NCBI GenBank assembly: GCA_009781185.1
Contig: WQYP01000005.1
Coordinates: 1-64,000, forward strand
Direction of reading: 5' to 3'
Origin: Phycisphaerales bacterium
Lineage (GTDB): Bacteria; Planctomycetota; Phycisphaerae; WQYP01
DNA: 64,000 nt
Below are positions 46,402 to 53,461 of the stretch, in pieces. Every line of letters starts with the position of its first letter. Within the stretch, counting starts at the first letter, position 1. Both the position numbers and the translations under genes were made by a program. The notes beneath the pieces are model-generated. The model did not search any database. It saw only the letters and a program-made list of their open reading frames with translations, and was not told the DNA's origin.

Positions 46402-46673
46402 AAACTCCACTCCTTGAAAAAATTGCACAAAAAAAGCAGAGAGCTTGAGATCACTCCCGACATGGGCGAAGCGCTCATGCCGTGGGGAGCTCTCTCTCAC
46501 TCTCTGCTTGTTTTTTGCCGGATTCAAAGGCTCCGGCTAAGGCCGTTAGTGGTTCAGTGGCACGGGCATCTTGCCCGTGACGCATGGGCTCGACGCCCGT
46601 GCCACGACATAACACGGACAAAATGCCCGTGTCATGTGAATGACATATGAATTGAAATAACGAACGTTAAGTT

Positions 46674-46685
46674 GGGGGGGGGGGG
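46674..46685. repeat. G12 homopolymer
   Basis: 'gttggggggggggggcagg', about 270 nt upstream of the PEP-CTERM gene start (C12 on its coding strand). Confidence 0.9.
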
Positions 46686-47100
46686 CAGGTCGGGTAATGT
46701 GGCGGAACAGGCTTGACAAAGCCCCCCGCGATTGATCGCGGAGGGAGCGGAACGCGGAGAAAATATTCCAACTTCGTTTCATGGCTGAGTTTATGTCAAT
46801 CTTGCCAGAAAGTGTCCGTGCGTAACCGCGCACACGGCAATACGCTGTATGTTCGATATACCACAAGTTTCCAAAAAAACAAGGACTTTTTTATGTTTTT
46901 TGGAAGGGGAGGCGTGACATGGTTTGTACACCCAAGTCGCGTTCGTACGGGTCGCGACGCCGCAAGCGGTTGCGGGGATCTTCCACACAAGTCATGTCGG
47001 TTTTTGCTCCGCCAGCCAAAGCTCCGCATTGCCATGCGGGGCTCTGTCACCCCGCAAAGCGGGGTCTACGTGCTCTGTCTCAACCCTCCGCAAGCGATGA

Positions 47101-47181
47101 TCAGAGCCGCGACCGTAAGGGAGCGACAGGCGGTATTTTCGCATGGTCACACGGGTCGCTCCCTGACGGTCGCGGCTCTGA
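47101..47181. repeat. Family A palindromic element (intergenic)
   Basis: Same 81 bp sequence as 48508-48588, including the loop 'aggcggtattttcgcatggtcacacgg', by eye. Confidence 0.95.
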
Positions 47182-47232
47182 TAGAGGATAGAGACAGAGC
47201 AGGGTCTACGTGCATTTCATGTCACGTGCCTT

Positions 47233-48279
47233 TTATCGGTAGCTGTTTGCGTCTGGTTCCTGAACGGTGGAGAGGAGTTTATCGATAACGGCGTCGGTGT
47301 CGACGCCTTCGGCATCGGCGTTGAAGTTGGTGATGATGCGGTGTCGTAGGACGGGTTTGGCCATGGCTTGGATATCGTCGGTGCTGACGTTGAGTCGGCC
47401 GTGGGTGATGGCACGGGCTTTGGCGCCCAGGACGAGGTATTGTGCGGCGCGTGGGCCGGCGCCCCAGGTGAGCCAATTATTGATGAAGTCGGGGGTGCCG
47501 GGCTCGTTGGGGCGTGTTGCGCGGGCGAGGCTGACGGCGTAATCGACGACGTGGTCCGAGACGGGGACTTTTCGTACGATCCGTTGTACGGCCAAAATGT
47601 CGCTGGCGGTGAGTACCGGCAGCGGGTCTGTTGGGATGTCGCTGGTGGTGTTTTTGACGATGGAGCGTTCGTCCTCGCGGCTGGGATAGCCGACTTTGAC
47701 CATGAACATGAATCGATCTAACTGTGCTTCGGGGAGCGGGTAGGTGCCTTCCTGTTCGACGGGGTTTTGGGTTGCCAGTACGAAGAAGGGGGGTTCGAGG
47801 GGATAGGTTTGGCCGCTGGCGGTGACCTGGGATTCCTGCATGGCCTGGAGCAGGGCGGCCTGGGTTTTTGGGGGGGTTCGGTTGATTTCGTCGGCGAGGA
47901 GCATATTGGAGAAGATGGGGCCTTTGACGAAGTTGAAGACGCGTCGGCCGGTTTGGGTGTCTTCCTGGATGATGTCGGTGCCGGTGATGTCGCTGGGCAT
48001 GAGGTCGGGTGTGAACTGGATGCGATTGAATTTGAGGGAGAGGACTTTGGCGAGTGTGCTGATGATGAGAGTTTTGGCGAGGCCTGGGACGCCGACGAGG
48101 AGGCAGTGTCCGCGTGAGAACATGGCGATGAGGAGGTAGTCGATGACTTCGGTTTGGCCGACGATGACTTTGCGGATTTCGTGGAGCAGCGATTCGCGAG
48201 CGGCTTTCATTTTTTCGACGGCGGCCATGTCGGAGGAACCGTCGGCGTGGGAGGCTGCGGGGGGGGAAATTGGGACCAT
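47233..48279 (-). CDS. MoxR-family AAA+ ATPase
   Basis: '[14 protein letters not shown]' (Walker A), '[23 protein letters not shown]' (Walker B and sensor). Confidence 0.9.
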   Translation of the reverse strand: MVPISPPAASHADGSSDMAAVEKMKAARESLLHEIRKVIVGQTEVIDYLLIAMFSRGHCLLVGVPGLAKTLIISTLAKVLSLKFNRIQFTPDLMPSDITGTDIIQEDTQTGRRVFNFVKGPIFSNMLLADEINRTPPKTQAALLQAMQESQVTASGQTYPLEPPFFVLATQNPVEQEGTYPLPEAQLDRFMFMVKVGYPSREDERSIVKNTTSDIPTDPLPVLTASDILAVQRIVRKVPVSDHVVDYAVSLARATRPNEPGTPDFINNWLTWGAGPRAAQYLVLGAKARAITHGRLNVSTDDIQAMAKPVLRHRIITNFNADAEGVDTDAVIDKLLSTVQEPDANSYR

Positions 48280-48297
48280 GCTTGATCCTTCAAGAGA

Positions 48298-48486
48298 ATG
48301 AGAAGAGCGAGCGATGGTATGCTACCGCACAGGGCATGGAATTGGAACCGAGTCGCCGGGATGATGGAGGATCTGGCGGGGTTGTGGCTGGAGGGCGGAG
48401 TGAATGTGATGTTTCCGCTGGAGATCGGGTCGTGGCAGTACGATCCGATGCGGCTGCGGAAGAAGTTGGGGGAGGTGAGGTTTTAG
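48298..48486 (+). pseudogene. Possible remnant of a uroporphyrinogen-decarboxylase-family (URO-D/MtaA-like) gene
   Basis: 'LEGGVNVMFPLEIGSWQYDPMRLRKKLGEVRF' resembles the '..G.D.lnPlE...gMDp..LK..yG..l.f' segment near the C-terminus of that family. No N-terminal part is present. Confidence 0.3.
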
Positions 48487-48507
48487 GGGGACAACGCGGG
48501 TTGCGCT

Positions 48508-48588
48508 TCAGAGCCGCGACCGTAAGGGAGCGACAGGCGGTATTTTCGCATGGTCACACGGGTCGCTCCCTGACGGTCGCGGCTCTGA
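48508..48588. repeat. Family A palindromic element (intergenic)
   Basis: Direct duplicate of 47101-47181. The adjoining 48589-48635 segment ('ttatccggggcaatcgtctgattggccataaaaaatggccacaccc') recurs inverted at 63881-63922. Confidence 0.95.
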
Positions 48589-48677
48589 TTATCCGGGGCA
48601 ATCGTCTGATTGGCCATAAAAAATGGCCACACCCGTTTATTATAGCATTTTGTGGGGGTATGCTGTAGGCTGCGGGG

Positions 48678-49706
48678 ATGCATATTCCGGATGGACTTTT
48701 GGATGTGAAGACGGCGGTGGCGATGGGGGTGCTCTCGGCGACAGGGCTGGGGGTGGCGTTGCGGCATGTGCGATTGCATCTGCCGGCGAAACGGGTGCCG
48801 CTGCTGGGACTGTCGGCGGCGTTTGTGTTTGCGGCACAGATGCTGAATTTTCCGGTGTTGCCGGGGGTGAGCGGGCATTTGATCGGAGGGATGCTGACGG
48901 CGGCGCTGCTGGGGCCCAGTGCGGCGGTGGTGGTGATATCGGCGGTGCTGATTGTGCAGTGTTTTTTGCTTGCTGATGGAGGGGTTCTGGCGCTGGGGGC
49001 GAATATTTTTAACATGGCGCTGGTGGGGAGTGCGGGCGGATGGGTGGTGTATTATTTGGTGAGTCGGGCGGTGAAGGGGTTGTTCGGGCGTGTGCTGGCG
49101 GCGACGTTCGCGTCGTGGGTGGCGGTGGTGGTGGCGGCGGTGGCGTGTGCGGGGGCGCTGGCGACGTCGGGGACGGCGAGTTGGTCAGTGTTGCTACCGA
49201 TGATGACGGGGGTGCACATGCTCATCGGCGTGGGTGAGGGGGTGATCACGGCGATGGTGCTGACGTTTATCGCCAAGACGCGGCCGGAGATGTGGGGCGA
49301 TGCGGCGGCGGCGAAGAGAAGCCAGAAGCCAGAAGCCAGAAGCCAAGAGATGGGGGGCGGGCAAACGGTGAATCCAACAGGAACGGAGCGGTGGGGGGCG
49401 GTGATTGTGTTGGGGTTGCTGATTTGTGTGGGGTTGGCGTTGTTCGTGGGGCCGTTTGCGTGCGGGTGGGATGATGGATTGGAGGTGACGGTTCAACAGA
49501 AGGGCGTGCATGTGTCTGAGGCGGCGGAGCATCTGATCAAGGTGCCGATGCCGGACTACAAGATGCCGGGGCTGGGAGACGGCAGAGTGGCGACGGGGGT
49601 GGCGGGAGCGGTGGGGACGGTGGTGGTCTTTGGACTGGCGTGGGTGCTGGCGCGGTCGCTGGTGAGGAAGATGAAACCGGCGGTAGATGTGGGGGGGAGT
49701 GAGTGA
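48678..49706 (+). CDS. cbiM: ECF cobalt/nickel transporter substrate component CbiM fused to a PDGLE-type C-terminal domain
   Basis: 'MHIPDGLLD' start and CbiM TM helices. C-terminal 'ACGWDDGLEVT' between two TM helices. Confidence 0.8.
   Translation: MHIPDGLLDVKTAVAMGVLSATGLGVALRHVRLHLPAKRVPLLGLSAAFVFAAQMLNFPVLPGVSGHLIGGMLTAALLGPSAAVVVISAVLIVQCFLLADGGVLALGANIFNMALVGSAGGWVVYYLVSRAVKGLFGRVLAATFASWVAVVVAAVACAGALATSGTASWSVLLPMMTGVHMLIGVGEGVITAMVLTFIAKTRPEMWGDAAAAKRSQKPEARSQEMGGGQTVNPTGTERWGAVIVLGLLICVGLALFVGPFACGWDDGLEVTVQQKGVHVSEAAEHLIKVPMPDYKMPGLGDGRVATGVAGAVGTVVVFGLAWVLARSLVRKMKPAVDVGGSE
49314..49349. repeat. 'gaagcca' heptamer array inside cbiM
   Basis: 'aagagaagccagaagccagaagccagaagccaagag', translated as 'KRSQKPEARSQE'. 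Confidence 0.9.
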
Positions 49707-49707
49707 G

Positions 49708-50457
49708 ATGCGGGCGGAATATCTGGATCGATACAGCCGATTGAGCAGTCCGGTGCATCGGCTTTGGACGGGTGTGAAATTGTTGGCGGCGGTGGCGGTG
49801 GTGGTGGTGGTGGTGTCGATGCCGCGGAATTTTTGGGGTGGGTGGGCGGGATTGGCGGCGGTGGCGGGGTTTCTGGTAGTGGTGGCGGCGATGAGCGGGA
49901 TTCCGTGGGGGTTTTTGCTGCGGCGGATGCTGTGGCTGGAGCCGCTAGCGATTGGCGTGGCGTTATTGAGCTTGTTGCAGGTGGGTGGGTGGCAGGTGTT
50001 TTTGTGGCTGATGGCGCGGAGCAGTTTGTGTCTGCTGACGATGCTGCTTTTGTCGAACACGGCGCCGTATTCGGAGCTTTTGCGGGTGATGCGTCGGGTG
50101 AAGGTGCCGACGATGCTGGTGACGACATTGGCGTTGATGTATCGGTATTTGTTTGTGATGATGGATGAGGCGGGGCGGATAAAGCGGGCGCGGATGAGTC
50201 GGACGTTTTCGGAGAGGGGGGGGGGGAAATCACGCCGTTGGCGGACGGCGGCGACGGTGGTGAGCCAGTTGTTCATCCGAGTGAGCGAACGATCGGAGCG
50301 GATATTCGCGGCAATGTGTGCGCGGGGATGGGGAGACGGTCTGAGCCGCGACCGTAAGGGAGCGACCCGTTCTAGCGCTCTGTTATCGCACGGTCGCTCC
50401 CTTACGGTCGCGGCTCAGATCGTCAAAGACAATAGCTCTGGGAACGAGGGAAGATAA
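49708..50457 (+). CDS. cbiQ: ECF transporter transmembrane (T) component CbiQ
   Basis: 'MRAEYLDRYSRLSSPVHRL' from the ATG at 49708, 2 nt after the cbiM stop. '..AMCARGW' lies near the native C-terminus. The stop TAA overlaps the cbiO ATG. Confidence 0.8.
   Translation: MRAEYLDRYSRLSSPVHRLWTGVKLLAAVAVVVVVVSMPRNFWGGWAGLAAVAGFLVVVAAMSGIPWGFLLRRMLWLEPLAIGVALLSLLQVGGWQVFLWLMARSSLCLLTMLLLSNTAPYSELLRVMRRVKVPTMLVTTLALMYRYLFVMMDEAGRIKRARMSRTFSERGGGKSRRWRTAATVVSQLFIRVSERSERIFAAMCARGWGDGLSRDRKGATRSSALLSHGRSLTVAAQIVKDNSSGNEGR
50340..50419. repeat. Family A palindromic element forming the 3' end of cbiQ
   Basis: 'tctgagccgcgaccgtaagggagcgac...gtcgctcccttacggtcgcggctcaga'. The stem position is A-T paired here. 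Confidence 0.9.
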
Positions 50458-51209
50458 TGACCGTGGCGTTGGAAGTTCGGGATCTCAAATATCGGTATCC
50501 GGATGGGACCGAAGCGCTGCGTGGGGTGACGTTTTCGCTGGAGGGCAGCGAACGGGTGGGGTTGATCGGGCCGAACGGGGCGGGGAAGAGTACGCTGTTG
50601 TTGCATTTGAATGGGCTGTTGCCGGAGGAATCGGGGAAGGGGGAGGCAGCGGTGTTTGTGGATGGGATGGCGGCGGTGGGGAAGCATTTGCCGGAGGTAC
50701 GGCGGCGGGTGGGACTGCTGTTTCAAGATGCCAACGATCAGCTTTTTTGTCCGACGGTGTTTGAGGATGTGGCGTTTGGGCCGATGCAACTGGGACTCAG
50801 CGAACAGGCAATGCGAGAGCGGGTGAAAGAGGCGCTCGAGAAGGTGGGGATGGCCGGTTATGAAGGGCGGCTGCCGCACCATTTGAGCAGCGGGGAGAAG
50901 CGTCGGGTCTGTTTGGCGGGGGTGCTGGCGTGCGAGCCGTCGATTCTGGTTTTGGATGAGCCGACGAGCAGTTTGGATCCGAAAGGGCGGCGGGAATTGA
51001 AGGAGCTGTTGCGTGGGATTGCGCTGCCGCAGTTGATCGCGACGCATGATCTGGAGTTGGTGGTGGAGCTGTGCGAGCGGGTGCTGGTGCTGGATAAGGG
51101 AACAATCGTGGCGGCCGGAGCGACGGTGGACGTGCTGAATGATGAGGCGTTGATGATGCGGCACGGACTGGAACGGCCGCACATTCTGCGGCATATGCAT
51201 CCGCATTGA
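50457..51209 (+). CDS. cbiO: ECF/cobalt transporter ATP-binding protein CbiO
   Basis: 'GPNGAGKSTLL', 'LSSGEKRRVCLAGVLA', 'LVLDEPTSSLD'. Confidence 0.9.
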   Translation: MTVALEVRDLKYRYPDGTEALRGVTFSLEGSERVGLIGPNGAGKSTLLLHLNGLLPEESGKGEAAVFVDGMAAVGKHLPEVRRRVGLLFQDANDQLFCPTVFEDVAFGPMQLGLSEQAMRERVKEALEKVGMAGYEGRLPHHLSSGEKRRVCLAGVLACEPSILVLDEPTSSLDPKGRRELKELLRGIALPQLIATHDLELVVELCERVLVLDKGTIVAAGATVDVLNDEALMMRHGLERPHILRHMHPH

Positions 51210-51211
51210 AA

Positions 51212-51427
51212 TTTGGTACCGCGACCGTAGGGAGCGTGGGGGAAAGTTCGAAACTCGAAATTCAAATCAAATTCCAAATTCAAAGTTCGAAGCTCGAAAC
51301 AGCCTGGGGGCGAATGGATGGTGTAGGCGGTGTTTCGAACTTTGAACATTCGAATTTGGAATTTGTTTCGAATTTCGAATTTCGAGTTTCGAATTTCTAA
51401 ACGCTCCCTTACGGTCGCGGTACCAAA
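51212..51427. repeat. Composite nested palindrome: family A-type arms enclosing a 'ttcgaa'-unit palindrome
   Basis: 'tttggtaccgcgaccgtagggagcg' (51212-51236) and 'cgctcccttacggtcgcggtaccaaa' (51402-51427) flank an inverted homolog of 5957-6110. Confidence 0.85.
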
Positions 51428-52242
51428 TGCTCATGACAGAGGCCGAGTTTGGCAGCGTAGGTGGCGAGATCAGGCGGAAGCGGGGTGCGGAAATGAACCC
51501 ATTGATGGGTGGCAGGATGCTTGAAGCCCAGGTGCGCAGCGTGCAGACACAGACGCGGAGGAGGAGGGTAATTCTGATTTTCGATTTTCGATTTTCGATT
51601 TTCGATTTCTGAATGTGGCACGGAGTAAATGTCGTCGCCGAGGACTTGGCAGTGGATGAAGGTCATGTGGGCGCGGATCTGGTGGAGGCGACCGGTTTTG
51701 ATCGCGACGTTCACGAGGGCGGCGGGAGGTTTGTTTTCAGGCGTTTGCGAGAGGACTTTGTAGGCGGAGATGGCTTCCTGGCCTTGGCGGGAGATGACGA
51801 CTTTTTTGATGCTGGCACCTTCTCGTTTGGCGTCGGGGTTGGGGACTTCGATTTCTTTGAGGCGGGCTTGGATGACGCCTTGTTTCGGGTGCGGGATGCC
51901 GGCGGTGAGGGCGAAATATTCCTTGTCGACGCGGCGGGCTTCGAAGTCGCGGCGGAGTTGGTCGTAGGCGTTAGGGGTTTTGGCGATCACGAGAAGGCCG
52001 GAGGTTTCTTTATCGAGCCGATGGAGCAGACCGAAGTCGCGACGTTGGCCGAGGTTGTGAAGCAGCTTGGCGATAAGGCCGTCGTGAAGGGCGAAGACAC
52101 CGTTGAGAAGCGAGTCGAAGGCGTGGCCTTTGCCGGGCTGAGTGACGGTACCGGCCGGCTTGTTGATGATGAGCAGATCGTTGTCTTCATGCAGGACGGG
52201 AACGAGAACAGCAGGATTGGGTTTGATGGCGAAGTCAGGCAT
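51409..52242 (-). CDS. RluA-family pseudouridine synthase
   Basis: 'LHRLDKETSGLLVIAKT', 'GRLHQIRAHM'. ATG at 52242 ('MPDFAIKPNP'). Confidence 0.85.
   Translation of the reverse strand: MPDFAIKPNPAVLVPVLHEDNDLLIINKPAGTVTQPGKGHAFDSLLNGVFALHDGLIAKLLHNLGQRRDFGLLHRLDKETSGLLVIAKTPNAYDQLRRDFEARRVDKEYFALTAGIPHPKQGVIQARLKEIEVPNPDAKREGASIKKVVISRQGQEAISAYKVLSQTPENKPPAALVNVAIKTGRLHQIRAHMTFIHCQVLGDDIYSVPHSEIENRKSKIENQNYPPPPRLCLHAAHLGFKHPATHQWVHFRTPLPPDLATYAAKLGLCHEHLVPRP
51576..51610. repeat. (gattttc)x5 tandem heptamer inside the RluA-family CDS
   Basis: 'gattttcgattttcgattttcgattttcgatttct', translated on the minus strand as 'SEIENRKSKIENQ'. Confidence 0.9.
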
Positions 52243-52278
52243 TGCACACTTCGGACGCAAGTTGGAGACGAGAAAACA

Positions 52279-52338
52279 TCAGAGCCGCAATCGTAAGATT
52301 GCGGAGCGATAACCGCAATCTCACGATTGCGGCTCTGA
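52279..52338. repeat. Family A variant with 'ccgcaatcgtaagattgcgg' arms
   Basis: 'tcagagccgcaatcgtaagattgcgg agcgataa ccgcaatctcacgattgcggctctga'. Related units at 7361-7400, 23157-23200, 60975-61000 and 63250-63283. Confidence 0.85.
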
Positions 52339-52366
52339 TGGTTTGCACGTCTATGGTGACCGGATT

Positions 52367-53461
52367 TTAGTTGCCATCGGAGTGGCCCCAGCGGAAATGG
52401 CGGGCTTCGAGCTGGGTGATGAGTTGATCGGTGGTGGGAGAGGTAGCGAGGAGGTCGGCGAGGATTTTTTCGGCGGCTTGGTAGTCGGCGAGACCGGTGT
52501 CGTCGCCGGTGTGGTAGATAAGCGTGTCGGTTTGGGCGAGGCGGGCGGCGAGGAGTTGGAGGATGGTCATGAGTTGGCGGTCGCCGCCGTAGACGCCGCA
52601 GCCCCAAAAGCCGGTGTGGATGGTGATTTTTGGGAGAGCATCAGAGCCGCGACCGTCAGGGAGCGACCCCTGAGTTACCGCTTCACGGTCGCTCCCTGAC
52701 GATTGCGGCTCTGATGATTGTATTTTTGCGGCGGTGAAGGCGGTGGTGGCAGTAGTGAGGATGTAGCGAATTTGGTTGGCGGTGTAGAAGCCTTTGCCGT
52801 TAGCGGGGGCCTCGATGGCGATGATGTTGGAGAAGGTGGGTGGGTCGATGGTGGTGATCGCGCAGCGGACGACGTCGGCGGAGGCTTGGGCAAAGGCATT
52901 GCCGTAAAGGCCGCGGAGCTTGATGCGACGCTGGACGTTTTGAATGAGGATCGGTGTGGGCTCGCCGGACTCGACGGTAAGGGTGGAAAGGCGATCGTGC
53001 AGGAGGGCTTCGCGGAGGTGGGCGAGGATGGGATGCTCGGCGACCTGCAGTTCATCCTGGGCGAGCAGAGGGGAGGCATAAAACAAAAAGAGATCGCTGT
53101 GGGCAAAGTTGAGGTGCCACTCGATGATGTTTTTATTTTTATTTTTATTTTTCGGTGTGTCATAGGTGAAGAAATCGGGACGGGCTTCGGCGGCAGGAAT
53201 TTTGGCGGGGAGCGTTTGCGGGAGAGGCTGGGCGGGCCAGCGGGAATAGGTGAGAGTGCCGGCGTGGGCAGAGTTTTTCGGGCAGGCGAGGGCGTAGGTG
53301 AGTTGCTTGTTGGAATCTTGGAAAGTGAGGGGGAAGTCTTTGGCGAGTGTGGCGGCGTCGTAGGATTTGGTGGCGAGCGGTTTCATGACCGGCTCCGTAG
53401 TCGCAGCGGTAAACATCGCTGCGAAAAGAACAATCGCTAGAAGTTTGCAAATAACAGTCAT
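52367..53461 (-). CDS. Poly(ADP-ribose) glycohydrolase (PARG)-like protein with an N-terminal signal peptide
   Basis: 'HTGFWGCGVYGGDRQLMTILQLLAA' versus eukaryotic PARG 'TGNWGCGAFGGD..LK.L.Q.LAA' (recalled from memory). 'LNFAHSD...LLAQDELQVAEHP' versus 'DFANK.LGGG...VQEEIRF..NPE'. Signal peptide 'MTVICKLLAIVLFAAMFTAA'. Confidence 0.6.
   Translation of the reverse strand: MTVICKLLAIVLFAAMFTAATTEPVMKPLATKSYDAATLAKDFPLTFQDSNKQLTYALACPKNSAHAGTLTYSRWPAQPLPQTLPAKIPAAEARPDFFTYDTPKNKNKNKNIIEWHLNFAHSDLFLFYASPLLAQDELQVAEHPILAHLREALLHDRLSTLTVESGEPTPILIQNVQRRIKLRGLYGNAFAQASADVVRCAITTIDPPTFSNIIAIEAPANGKGFYTANQIRYILTTATTAFTAAKIQSSEPQSSGSDREAVTQGSLPDGRGSDALPKITIHTGFWGCGVYGGDRQLMTILQLLAARLAQTDTLIYHTGDDTGLADYQAAEKILADLLATSPTTDQLITQLEARHFRWGHSDGN
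52641..52714. repeat. Family A palindromic element, in frame in the PARG-like gene
   Basis: 'tcagagccgcgaccgtcagggagcgac...gtcgctccctgacgattgcggctctga'. The stem position is C-G paired here. Confidence 0.9.

Noticed and set aside
48589-48677. Looked for a cobalamin or NiCo riboswitch upstream of cbiM.
   Set aside because: No B12-box-like 'AGGGAA...GCCACUG' blocks and no NiCo four-way junction were visible. The segment is part of a repeat that recurs, inverted, at 63881-63922.
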